NCBI GenBank assembly: GCA_043731405.1
Contig: JAYTJD010000025.1
Coordinates: 1 to 36,830 of the forward strand
Direction: 5' to 3'
From: Candidatus Altimarinota bacterium
GTDB taxonomy: Bacteria > Patescibacteriota > Gracilibacteria > BD1-5 > UBA2023
Length of the DNA stretch: 36,830 nt
The notes below the pieces were generated by a model, which was given only the letters and a program-made list of their open reading frames with translations, did not search any database and was not told the origin of the DNA. Both the position numbers and the translations under genes were made by a program. Below, in pieces: positions 9,097 to 21,400 of this stretch (position 1 is its first letter; each line of letters starts with the position of its first letter).

Positions 9097-10989
9097 ATGA
9101 TACAGATCAGTGGACTCCATCACAATCATCCGACAAGCACCAGGGCAACTCGTTCACATATTCTCACCCCACACGATGCGGTGAGTATTTTTTGTATTAT
9201 CGATGGTGAGAGTGAGTCAATAGTATCGATACTCGAGGATCATATTCTCGAGAGCATCTCATCGACTGAGTGGAATATGAGAGAGACGAGTCAAGACTTC
9301 AGCTATATCACCGAGCACTACAACAGCTTTGTGACCAATTTTCCACGAGAGGACATCTCAGATGTCCGTATCCTCCTCGGTATGCTCCAGGGTGAAGATC
9401 TGACCCTCTCGACCGTCTGAGGGACACATGGCGTATTCATCGAGGAGAGTGGCGAGTTCATCGATATCACAGTACACGAGAACAGATCCCACGAGTTCCA
9501 CTCGATCACCACTGGCAAGATCCCAGTTTGAGCAACGGTATATCTGGCTAATGACGATATTGAACACATCCTCGGGTATGATGTACTCGCAGAGCTCGCG
9601 AGTCTACCACCTGATATCTGGAGCGAGACGAGCAAGCGTACGATAGAGAGAGAGATCTGGGTCAATCTCCATATCATCCGCCTCTCTCGTCGTATCTATA
9701 CTACTCCGACTCCAGTATCAACTCGCGGACGCAAACAGGCAGACATACTCCGTGATCGTGGGGTAGTGTTGGTTGAGTACATCAGGAGCAAGAGAATGTG
9801 GGAAAGAACCAGATGACTCATCCAAAAAATCCCGACACTATCCAATACTCGATACCAATTTGCATTCCTCGCTATCGGTGTGGTACTCCTTTTTGCACTC
9901 GCCTATTCCCTGGTGTCGAGTATCCTCTGAGTCCTCTCGAGCAATACATCCGATACCAAAAATCTCCTCATCCAAGCAAATATCCTCATCGATGATGGAC
10001 AAAAACTCTCTGGAAACCCTACAGCATTCAATGCCAAAATCACTCAAGCAGAGAAAATACTATTTGATTTGAGGAAGGAACAGTCCCATATGGTAGATAC
10101 GCAAAAGCTCTTCGATCGTATAACAAGTATGAAAAAGGAGGTTTATGATATCCAGTCGGTTGATATGACACAACTGACATCTGTTATCCCATTCAACCCA
10201 GCAGAGTTCAGTCCAGTAGGCATGATAGAAAAAGATAAAAAACTCATACTGCTCGGGGAATGAGGAGCTATTCTTAACTACGTAACAGGGGATAAAGTCA
10301 TAAAAATAGTTCCCTATCCTGGATGAGAACGGATCAAGAGTTTTGATGCGGGAGAAGATGGATCAATATACATCCTCACGACCCAGAATCATATTCTCTC
10401 TCCGCTTCGTGATGAGTTCTCCTATGTGAACGTCACAGGACAGAACTCATGGGAAGATGCTCTCTCGATCAAGACATTCAATGGGAATATCTATCTCCTT
10501 GAGGCTTCAAAAAACCAAATACAAAGACACAAACCAGGACTAAATGGCTTTTCACAAAAGTCAGGACTCATGGAAAAAGTCCAACCTTGAATATTTGATA
10601 TGAGTATCGATGGCGGTATATATCTCTATATGGAAGATGGAAAGATACTAAGATATCTCTGAGATAGGAATACACTCACATCGATCATCCTCAACAAGAT
10701 CCCAGGTGAATGGGGTATCGATACAAGTAAAACAAGCTCATTCATCACACGGAGTTATCTCTCTTATACTTATATACTCAATGGGAATAGGATATGGATA
10801 TTCCAACCTGACTCCAAGAGATTCCAGGATATCAAGGCATGGAACTATATCGGACAGTTCGAACTCAATACAGAGTCAACCGTCAAGAGTATCAATGTAC
10901 CACGAGATGGACTAATCTATGTAACAACGTCTACAGGGGTATATGGTCTCAATTTTGAGTTCGTAGATGGCAAGATCATATTCAAATAA
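9097..10989 (+). CDS. Hypothetical single-pass membrane protein with C-terminal beta-propeller-like repeats (630 aa)
   Basis: ORFs 9097..9420 and 10069..10263 share frame 1, and the intervening sequence has only TGA (eight in total). TM helix YQFAFLAIGVVLLFALAYSLVSSIL near residue 250. Recurring strand motifs DGSIYILT, NGNIYLLEA, DGGIYLYMEDGKILRY, NRIWIFQPD and DGLIYVTTSTGVYGL. TAA at 10987-10989. Confidence 0.6.
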
Positions 10990-10998
10990 ACCCACACT

Positions 10999-11577
10999 GT
11001 GTACAAAACAAATGCCGTCATCCTCAGTATATCGAGAATCCGTGACAATCAGACGCGTATTGTCATGATCTCTCAGGAATATGGCAAGATCACAGGATGG
11101 TGGAGCAAGAAAAATATAAGTGGGATAGATCTCGGGGACATCATCGAAGTCCTCATATCACGTGATGGCGGCAAGAATCAGGTCAAAAATATCGATATCA
11201 AAACACCGGGCTGGAGTCGCACCTGGAACTATGTACGCATAGTAGCATTTCTCGAAACTCTCCGAATCGTGAACCAGATGAGTAGGGAGTGATCAGAGTG
11301 TCGCTCTCTCTACGAGGATACTGCCGGCTTCATCACATATGGTAGATCCCAAGATATGACTCTATGACACCATACAATATTCCAGATGCGGATACTGAAG
11401 TCCCTTGGATCTATGGATAGATCCATCCTCGGAGAAGATCCTATTCTCGGATATATCTATGACCATGTATCTCACACTCCTCTCGATCGGATCCTCTCAT
11501 CGTCCAATGTCAGAACAGAACATATAGACAAGATACAACAGGCCAATCTCCACTCCCTCTATATGCTTGAACGATAA
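10999..11577 (+). CDS. recO: RecO-like DNA repair protein (192 aa), tentative
   Basis: GTG start at 10999. ORFs 10999..11292 and 11386..11577 share a frame and are joined by two TGA. The N-terminal OB-fold-like part MYKTNAVILSISRIRDNQTRIVMISQEYGKITGW resembles RecO N-termini, but the protein is short for RecO. Confidence 0.45.
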
Positions 11578-11581
11578 ATAT

Positions 11582-12541
11582 ATGATTTTTCTCCTTTTCA
11601 TTTTCTGAACTCTCGGACTCATATTCGGGAGCTTCTCGACAGTGCTCATCGAGAGATGGCAAAGTGGTAAGTGAGGTATCATGATGGGACGGAGTGAGTG
11701 TCCACACTGTCATCATATACTCTGATGGAGAGATCTCTTCCCTCTTATATCATACCTCTGGAGTCGAGGCAAGTGCTCCCACTGTGACATACCTATACCA
11801 GGTTTTTATCCGATAGCAGAGATCCTGATGGGATCTATTTTTGCTATAGTCGCATATGCGGGTATGCGTATCGGTATAGATCCCATTAGTATGGAGATGC
11901 TCCTACTCCTCTTATTCGCATTCACCACTGGTGTCTATATCCTCTATGACATGCGATACATGGAGATCCCCGACCAGATTATGGTACCCGTGATCTATCT
12001 GCTTCTGGCGATTCCATTTTTTTCACTTTTGTTCAGTTCATACACAGGGTATACTTTTCATACTTTTCATATACCTATCACAGATCGACTTTATGGGGCA
12101 TTTTTTCTCTATACGTTTTTCTATCTACAGATACTCATACCAGGCGGATATCATCTAGCAAAAAATAAAGACTGGAAGCATCTCTGAGAGCTCATACTAA
12201 GCTATATCACATTCCCTATAGTGATGCTCGTCGATATATGGAGAACACCGAAACAAGAAGAGACTCTCGAGATACCCACATGGATCGGTGGGGGTGATCT
12301 GCGTATTGCGATATTCGCCTGACTCACGCTCGGTGTAGTCCATGGGATCGCGAGTTTTGCATTTGCATATATCATCGGGAGTATCATATGAATCGCCATA
12401 CTTCTATACAATGCGATACAACGCAAAAAAACAGAATCCCAGATTCCATTTTGACCATTTCTTGGGATAGGCTGGATACTGAGTATCCTCTACTATCCGG
12501 AGATAATAGATCTATATCATATATTAGCTACAGGTCAATAA
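11582..12541 (+). CDS. pilD: Prepilin peptidase (type IV leader peptidase / N-methyltransferase, A24 family), 319 aa
   Basis: N-terminal zinc-binding region CPHCHHILGWRDLFPLISYLWSRGKCSHCDIPIPGFYPIAE. Catalytic regions DMRYMEIPD and IGGGDLRIAIFAG. Near-invariant PF-G-PFLGIG, where the G is a TGA. Seven in-frame TGA; TAA at 12539-12541. Confidence 0.9.
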
Positions 12542-12607
12542 AAATATCTCGACAATCCATACAAAACCCATATACTCTCTATCAAATCCATAACCCATAT
12601 ATATAGT

Positions 12608-13138
12608 ATGTCACAAGATAAACAAATAAAAGCACTCAGGGATCTCGTACAGGCCGCAGAGAACTCTATCAGATCAGCTCGCAAGATCCTCGATAGCCTC
12701 CTCGGAGATACCCCTCGAGACGAGTTCGATACTGCTGGAGTAGAGCTCTCGAGCTACCAGTCATGAGATGACAAGGTCGTAGAGTGAGTGTTCACCGGCG
12801 ACTCTATGCTCGGTCCTGATAGTGCGGTATATCCTGTACCACAGAACTACTCATCCAAATCACTCCTCGTACAAGGGAGTAGACTCAAGGCAACTATCGA
12901 GAGTCATGGTGGGATCAAATATAAAATTATAGAAGAGATCCCTTTTGAGACTAGTGTGGGTATAGTAACGAAAAATGGGGACAAATATGAAATCACTACA
13001 GATACGAAAACTTATAGAGTGCTCATGGCTGCTATAACATTCCATAAGTGTAGTGTCGGCGACACGGTCAGTATTCGAACACCAAAAGGGAAAGATGCTA
13101 CATACGCCGTCATAGAGAGTATCATACCCAAGATATAA
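12608..13138 (+). CDS. Hypothetical protein (176 aa)
   Basis: ATG at 12608, same frame as ORF 12788..13138, with two TGA between (YQS-G-DDKVVE-G-VFTGDSMLGPD). Reads ...YPVPQNYSSKSLLVQGSRLKATIESHGGIKYKIIEE. No function recognised. Confidence 0.6.
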
Positions 13139-13164
13139 AACCTACCCACTAACACATCCAAACA

Positions 13165-14559
13165 ATGTGAAACGAATACTCTCGATCTCGATCAGCAACA
13201 GCGAATATTCCCTGGCTCTGGGTAGCAATACTCGCAGGTATCATTTTGCTCATTATCATAGCGAGCTCGTTCTGAGGGAGTGCAAGCGTAGATAATGATA
13301 GGGCTCATCTCATAGTAACTCCTCAGACGAGTGGAAGTACTGTGTTCATCGCGATGACTGAGTCATCCAAAAATCGCATCACAGGAACAGGAGGACAACC
13401 ACTCTACGTCGGTGACAAATCGATAACAGTCGAGACTGGTTGAGCTAGTGCAACAAATAGTGATATATCTCTCGATCTGGATGAGCGAACTGAGCTCATC
13501 TATCTCTCTCATACCAACACAGGAGATACGATCAAGCTCACCAAGTGAAGAGTGTGGATCAAACAGCTCTCCAATACAACTACTACAGAAACTAAAAACC
13601 TCAGTGTCACCACAGATGCTGGCAATGTTGCTATGATCGAGCAAAATAATCAGATATATAGTAGTGTATACTCTATAGTGTGAGATACCCGTATCCGTAC
13701 CTCAGTAGGAGAATATGTACTCAAGGCAGGCAACAGGATCATGGTATCTGCCTCTGATCTCGCAAATCCTGGACTGCAACTCGCGAGTCTCGTATGAGGT
13801 ATCGATGAGGGTATAATGTCAAATCCTCTTTTCATCCGCAATGATGGAAAACAACTCCTCAGTAGTCTCTCTGTATGACTATCGAATACTGGATCGAGCC
13901 TGGTCAATACTGGATCCACAGGGCCAGTGACTCAACCCATATCGATCCTCGAGCCACTCGATGGATCTCTTGCTACCAAGGCAACTGTAGTAGTACGAGG
14001 ATCTATCAACTCTCCAGATATAGTGAGGGTCACACTCAATGATCTCGATACTGTAGTGAGTCCCGTGAATCGTACATTCACCTTTGCAGAATTCCCTCTC
14101 ACCGCTCAGATCAACAATATCGTATACAAAGCATATATAGCAGATGGAACACAAGTAGCGAAATGAGTAGTCACAGTACTCGGATCCAAGCAGGCTCTCG
14201 ATCAGAGTGTGAATCGACTCCTCACCAATGCATCACCTATATCGAGCAAGGACTTCCGGATTGTCAGTCCAGCGAGCAATCCATATGTGATGACCGATAG
14301 TGCTATCAAGGTGCAATGAACTGTCACCAAGGATGCAGTGAACTATATCCTCGTCAATGGATACCGTCTCCAGAAATATATCCCTGGATCGACTACTTGG
14401 TACTATTTTGCCAATATGGCATCGAGCACACTCAAGGATGGTATCAATCTCTATACCATAGAGTTCTATGGAAACAAAGATGATATCCTCTATACACAAC
14501 TCTTCACGATAATCAAAGAATCAAAAAATGCAACTCTCTCTGGTGAGGCATCTCGATAA
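13165..14559 (+). CDS. Membrane-anchored protein with FecR-like and Ig-like beta domains (464 aa)
   Basis: ATG at 13165. ORFs 13927..14166 and 14338..14559 share frame 1, and the upstream part has only TGA stops (ten in total). N-terminal anchor IPWLWVAILAGIILLIIIASSF. FecR-like stretch YVGDKSITVETG-G-ASATNSDISLDLDERTELIYLSH...IKLTK-G-RVWI. TAA at 14557-14559. Confidence 0.6.
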
Positions 14560-15148
14560 AAATGGAGCCTCTCTCATAGAAATCATGGCTATGATAGCAG
14601 TGCTCGGACTCGCTGTGACGGCGATGTTCTCCACTGTGATCGGCGGGATCTACTTTGCTCGTGACTCTGAAAATAGGATCAAGGCAATCAATCTCGCCCG
14701 AGAGGGTATCGAATGAGTGACCAATCTGAGAAATACGAATTGGCTCAGATTCTCGAGTGATCAGACGAATTGCTGGAAGGTACAGTGATATCTTGCAGGC
14801 TGTATCGGTAACACTACTTCACTGGATAAGCTGGCAGATTACTCATATGTACTCACCAATTCCAATGGAGCGTGGTATCTCACGGGTGCCACCACAACAT
14901 CATCAGGGCTCTGGGTAGATGCAAATTGATACTATATGGCGAGTGGTGCCACCACCCCAAAATGTACTATTACCCTCGCAACGAACTGTAGGTCTCCCTT
15001 TACTCGTGAGATACGTATTACGAATGCGAGTAATATTGGTATTGGTAGTGGTAGCATAACGGTGACTGCCGTAGTCGACTGGTATGAGAAGCGAGCACAG
15101 AACGTGACCCTCAAAACGACGCTCACCAACTGGAAGAGCAAATTTTAG
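14528..15148 (+). CDS. Type IV pilin / pseudopilin-like protein (206 aa)
   Basis: Class III signal peptide MQLSLVRHLDKNG/ASLIEIMAMIAVLGLAVTAMFSTVIGG, with Gly at -1, Glu at +5 and a hydrophobic alpha-1 helix. Joined to ORF 14936..15148 across three TGA. Overlaps the preceding gene by 32 nt. TAG at 15146-15148. Confidence 0.75.
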
Positions 15149-15174
15149 AAAAAAAGATGTATCAGTATTAAATT

Positions 15175-15200
15175 CTCTCAACTTCTTGAGGGATTTTTTT
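15175..15200 (+). terminator. Rho-independent terminator after the pilin gene
   Basis: CTCTCAA (15175-15181) and TTGAGGG (15186-15192) flank the loop CTTC, followed by a T7 run at 15194-15200. Confidence 0.6.
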
Positions 15201-15270
15201 ATTTTGTTATATCAGGAATTTGCATAATCAGAAATCATATGATACGATACTAGCAATACCAAAATAAATC

Positions 15271-16848
15271 ATGCAACTTCCTATCATAAAACATATATAT
15301 GCGCAGTACGCCATCATCGGTATATGGCTAGCGAATTGTGTACTTGGTGGCATGATAGCAATACAGCAGTCATGGATGCCTTATATGAGTGCCGGTACGG
15401 CTACTTATATAAATATCAAAGCTGATCCATTCGATGGGATGATGATGCCGATACGATATATCCCTGACTGGAGCAAGACCGCATACCAGAACAAGACTAC
15501 CCGATTCTCAGATATCCCTATCAGTGACTATATCCCTCTGCCAGCCTACGATCCACAATCACTCAGAGATACGACGAGTACGACCAAGGCATCACTCATC
15601 GAACACTATACCTATATCACGACCTATATGGGGAGCTACAGACTCAACTACAAGGAGCATGATGGGAGTCACAACGCCATCGATATCCGAGCTCCTATAG
15701 GCACTCCAGTACTTTCTATTGCCAACGGTGTCGTGGTGAGAACTGTAGAGGCAGATGCCACAGGGAATAAATTCGTGGTCGTGAGACATGAGGGGATCAC
15801 TCTCGCCTGACGCAAGCAGGATCTCTATTCTGGCTATCTCCACCTCTCCGAGATCAATGTGAGAGAAGGGAGCAAGATCCGCAAGTGAGATATGCTCGGT
15901 CGTGTAGGAATCAGTGGTATCACGACAACTCCTCATCTCCATCTCCAGGTAGATACACAGGATGCTCCATTTCACCCGTATTGGCCATTTACCTCTACGG
16001 AGTCTCGATGAGCTGGGCTATCGATATTTGAGTCAGTCAATGTTGGTCTCGGTAGAGACAACGCTATGAGATATAGTCTCCATCCGATGAGTCTGATACA
16101 GATGTTTGCAGTTGGCGTCACGCCGACTCCATGAGTAGATAGTCCTGTCAATTCCCTATCGGATCTCCAGAGTGCTCCACAGATACCGAGAGAACAGCAA
16201 GAATACATACCAGTCAATGCATCAGTCGAGAGTATCATAGCGAGTATGAATAGTTCTACTATTCCAACAGCTCCTGTAGGTATCAAGGCGACCCTATCTG
16301 ATGCTACCAGCAAAAAATGTGAGAAAAAACGATTCTCAGATATCAGCTCTACGAGTAAAATAGGAAAGACTCTCTATGAACTCATCGATAGGAAGTGTAT
16401 GTTCCAATATATTCCTACATTTGATGGATCTGCCACGATCACGCAGCGGGATGCCATCGTGATGTTGATGCAGTACTATGGTATGAGTCCAGCAACGGGG
16501 ACGAGTCATTTTCTCGATATTTCGATCGGTGACCCATTCCAGGGATATGCGATCGGAGCATACCGCAAGGGAGCTATCGATGGTAACTACTCACTTCCTA
16601 GCAAGCTCCTTTCTCGGGAGGACTTCATAGAGCTCTTGGTCAAAATTGGTAAACTCGAAAAAAATCCAAGTCAAATCAAAATATATCGAGATACGAGTGC
16701 AATGAACTTCAAATTTCAGTATATTCAAGACTATGCATTCAAAGTACGAGCACGTGGTGGCAATTTTTATCCACAGTCACTCCTCACGAGACAATGAGCT
16801 ATAGAAATCATGTGAAGTATCCTCGCTCAAGATAAGATAAAAAAATAG
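15271..16848 (+). CDS. M23 metallopeptidase with C-terminal SLH-like repeats (525 aa)
   Basis: ORFs 15271..15810 and 16246..16797 share frame 1 and are bridged by TGA only. M23 motifs HNAIDIRAPIGTPVLSIANGVVV and TTPHLHLQV. The C-terminal repeats RFSDIS...TITQRDAIVMLMQYYG and FLDISIGDPFQGYAIGAYRKGAIDGNY...LSREDFIELLVKI resemble S-layer homology domains (tentative). TAG at 16846-16848. Confidence 0.8.
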
Positions 16849-16981
16849 TAGATTTTTTCGACTAAATAGATATGATAAAATGTATTATTTTGACATAATG
16901 TGGGACTCCTGGATTCAGGATATTCACCTATATACCTCAGGGTACATACTACGATAACTATTCACTTTTAACTACTTATTC

Positions 16982-18367
16982 ATGTCCCAAAAGAAAATCA
17001 TATTTTTTGTTATAGTCGGCCTCATTCTCGTGAGTCTCATTGCCACGGTAGCATATATATCCAGACAAAAGAAAACTACAAATACAGTACCAGCATCTCT
17101 CAAAATCTGGATCACAGATGGTACGACTGACTCGTACAAGTCCCTGATCGAGGGCTTCAAAAAATATGCCCCAGAATATAGTAAAACTGATATTATACTA
17201 GAGAAGCAAACAAATGATGCTGACAGATACCGTACCCTCCTACTCTCTACTCTCACTCAGTGAAGTGGACCAGATATATTCATGCTCCATAGTGGCGAAG
17301 ACGCTATACTCGAATCCCAGATCGAACCTATACCAAGTGATATACTGGATTTCTCTGATTTCGACAAGCGATATGATGACATCTTCCAGGGACTCCTCAC
17401 GTCTACTGGATCAAACAAGGATATGACAACCACACTCAAGTGAGTACCACTTGCTTATGAGACTCTCGGCGTGTTCTATAACAAGTCACTCATCCGCGAG
17501 GTCCCGAAGACATGGAATGAGCTCGAAGTCCTCTATAACGAATCAGTCCCTGGTAGATATCCGAGCAATATCGGACTCGGACCTACCTATACACCGAATA
17601 TGGGAGATATCCTACCGCTCTGGCTCATGGATGCAGGTGCTACCGGCTATAGTGATATATCTGATGGGCAATCAGGACTCATTTCATATCTAGACTATGG
17701 CGACCTCAAAACAGCAGCACCAGTAGACTCTGAGATATCGACTACCCCAGATACGCTCAGACGTGAGCAACCGAATATGCTCGCCAACAAAAATAATACA
17801 CTCGATATGTTTATGCAATGAGATATTGCGATGGTCATAGGCTATCCGAGTCTGATACTCGATCTAGAAAAATCGAGCAAACGAGTAGGATCTACGAGTT
17901 CAGCGGCTGTCATCCTGACCGAGAGGGTTCCAAAAAATAACTCACAGTCACATACCAATATAGGGAGATATTCTTACTTTGCTATTTCAAAACTCAGTAA
18001 CAAATGACTCATAGGAGTGAAGTTGCTCGAATATCTCATGACACCAGAGGCACAGCGACTCTACATCAATGAGTATCCGTATCTCATCCCCGCACAGAGT
18101 GAGTTTTATGCAAGTGTAGAGGATGTATCGCTCTCTGATACACTCTCAAGAACAAAACTTGCCCCTTTTATTCCCAGTATCGGTGATACACTCTCTGTGT
18201 TTCAGTATGGACTCAGGTCTCGATTTGATCAATACCTCAGAGAGGGTATCGATACATCGAGTACACCAGATATAGAGTCCATCACAGCCAAAATATCAAG
18301 AGATATAGGCTGTGATATAGGCATGTTGAGTCAATGAGAGTCATCGGGAGATTGCTCAAATCAATAA
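16982..18367 (+). CDS. Extracellular solute-binding protein (ABC type, family 1-like), membrane anchored, 461 aa
   Basis: ORFs 16982..17263, 17471..17821 and 18017..18337 share frame 2 and are joined across TGA. N-terminal anchor IIFFVIVGLILVSLIATVAYI. Reads LKIWITDGTTDSYKSLIEGFKKYAPEY...-G-SGPDIFMLHSG...-G-VPLAYETLGVFYNKSL. No permease or ATPase gene is adjacent. TAA at 18365-18367. Confidence 0.7.
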
Positions 18368-18376
18368 AACATTCAT

Positions 18377-18404
18377 AAAAATGCAACGAAAAGTTGCATT
18401 TTTT
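18377..18404 (+). terminator. Rho-independent terminator after the solute-binding protein gene
   Basis: AAAAATGCAAC and GTTGCATTTTT flank the loop GAAAA (stem 18381-18387 / 18393-18399), followed by a T-run. Confidence 0.65.
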
Positions 18405-18444
18405 GCTTTTTTATGGTAATGTAAAGGTATATAAATTCTCTCCC

Positions 18445-21400
18445 ATGCGAAAAAACTCACTCATCATACTCATTCTCACGAGTCTTACTCTCTTTTTTGG
18501 ACTCTCGGTATCAGATACATTCGCGAGTTGTGGCGGATCATGGTTCTCGACGAGTTGTCCCGTGTCACCCTATTGTGCGGATGGCAAGTGTAGCATAGAC
18601 GAAGGGGTCAAAGCAGTAGAGAAAGCGGTAGATGGACAGATCACGAACAAATGAATTGCAGTATACGCTCAACAGATCGTGACGTATTTGATGACTTTTA
18701 TCTCCATCATAGCCGTGATATATATCATATATGCTGGATTCCAGCTCATGATCGGGGCTGGAGACGAAGAGAAGATGAAAAAAACTCGACAAATCATACT
18801 CTATGTCGTTCTCGGTATTCTCATAATGTGGCTTGCCTATCCGATCGTCAAATGGACAATCGGCATCGTCGCACCTGGTGGCCAAGTAGCCTATGAGTGG
18901 TCGATGATCCCAGGAGCTCAGGCATATACTGAGAGTGACTCTAATACCTATGCTGAGTATAAAAATAAGATCAAAGAGTGAATCAATCAAATGGAGAGCG
19001 AACTCCTCCTGAATAGATCAGTGAAAGTGAGTACCATGCAAAATGTCAAAAACCTCGTGCAATGAGGTTTTGATAGGTTACCAGACTATGGGGAAGCTGC
19101 CAGTATCAATAGAGAAGCCAAACAGGTCGTCGATACATATCTCGACCTCGCTATCAAAAATCCAGATAATTCTAATCATGTCGGCAACGCGATCTCTCGG
19201 GTAGCAAGTTTTGTAGATAGGGTCAGTATTTCTCGTATCACTGGTGATATCAGTGCTGGTCCTATCGAGGGCAACGCTCCCCTATCTGCTTCATTTCGAG
19301 CGGACAATATCCGTGATCCTTCAGGAACAACTCCAGCAGATGGCAATTATATATGGTGGACTCGTGAGAATGGTGGAATACGTCGTGAGCTCAGTCGTGG
19401 ACCTAGCCTTTCATATACATTCACCAAAGAGGGTACCTATACCGTATTTCTTGATGTGATATCAGGGAGCCGTAACAGTAAAGGAAAAACTGACGTCCTC
19501 CCACTCTCTGTATCCAAGCAGATACTCGTGAAACCAAAACTCGGGGAAATCATACTCCTCATCAATGGGGTCAATGTGAGCAATATGACGAGTCTCAAGC
19601 TCTCTCCTACGATCGGTAAGATGGGAGTAGTTCTCGATGCCTCAGCATCCCGAGCTATTGGGAATGGTACAATTGCCGAGACGACATGGGAGTTTGGTAA
19701 TGGCAATGACTCTACCAATCGTGGATGACCTATAGTAGAGAGACAACTCTATACGAATCAAGGGGGCTATATACTCAAACTCTCGATGAAAACTAATGAC
19801 GGGCAAACTATCTCAAAAGAAATACAACTCCTTGTACGTGATCCTGCTGCGATCATCAAACTCGACTCTGATACTGGCAAGATTGGAGAAGATATATCTA
19901 TGTCCGCTACTTCGTATTTTGCAGATACCAAAAATGTAGAATACTCATGGCAGATACAAGATGATAATGGCAAAAAAATAGTAAAAGTCTGAGAAGGTAC
20001 CAATTTCAGATACAAATTCGACACAGTAGGATCATATATCGTATCACTCACTGCTAAGAGTCCAAATGGCACTATTGATACCGACTCCAGGGTTATCACT
20101 ATAGAATCTCGTGATCCAGTGGTCACGATAGATTCACCACGACCCATCAGTAGTGAAAAACCGAATGTGATCACATTCGATGCATCCAAGAGCTATGATC
20201 CAGATACCAGTTCTCGCAAGAATCTCAGCTATACTTGGAGACTCGATGGAGAGAAAATATCCCTCAATAATACCGAAAATGATGGAGCAAAATGAAGCTA
20301 TACATTTGACGAAAAAGGAATACATACAATATCAGTCACCGTAGCCAATACCTATGGTAAGATCACCACCGTAGAAAAAGAATTCGAAGTAGTGTCGACA
20401 CTCGCAGTCAATATGATCATCACGCCCAAAGTAGTACAACGTGGATCCAATGTTACGGTGATTGGACAGTCTGCGAATGCTGAGTTTTTTGAGTGGAATA
20501 TGGGAGATGGGACTCCGATGATAAGTGGGACGAATCGATCCATACAACACACCTACAAACAATCAGGCGTCTACAACATCGTGATGAGTGTCAATCGCAA
20601 CTGAGGTACCGAGACAAATAGTATAACTCGCAAGATCTATGTATCTGATACAGATAGTCCATTTGCCATCATAGATTCAACGAACTCGTCCAATAGTATC
20701 ATCGAAGAAAAATGAGCTTGTAATGGCCTCGATGCCCTTGTGATAAATCGAGCTGATACAACTACGTTCAGTAGTAGTAATTCGGTGAATGTAGATGGTA
20801 CAACAAGTGGACTCACCTATACTTGGAAATATTTTGGTAAGGCTCGTACCACTCCCCAAATCTCTGAGAAATTCAACGAACTCGGATGCTTCCCTATCGA
20901 GCTCACAGTCAGATCCAACAAAAATGGGGCTAGTCATACTACAACTCAATACGTCAAGCTCGCGAATCATCCTCCAGAGCTCACAAGTCTCACGAGTAGT
21001 GTGGATGCAGCCAAAAAAGATAGCCAAAAAATCCTCGTAAAAGTACAAGCAAACGGAGCCACAGATGCTGATGGTGTCATCACATCATATATCTGGTACT
21101 ATACCACTGAGTCTGATCCAGAGCCACAAAATGTCCAAATCACACAAAGCAATAGCATTACTTTTGTACTTCCGAATATTACTGAAAAATACTTTTTTGG
21201 TGTGATACTCGAGGACAATGATGGAGCCAAGATGAACACAATGGAATCAGGACAGAGCCCCACTCCATTTATCATCGATAATTCAAATGGCAATATCAAT
21301 CTCCCACTCATCAATCTCTCGGTATCAAAATCAACGATAAATGTCGGGGAGAAGGTGCTATTCTCAGCAGATGTGAAGACCATCATACCAGGAGTCAATA

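Noticed and set aside
12554-12603. Imperfect direct repeats AATCCATA(CAAAA)CCCATATA upstream of the gene at 12608
   Set aside because: They are short, imperfect and in AT-rich DNA, so I could not distinguish them from chance. They may simply be promoter -10-like sequence.
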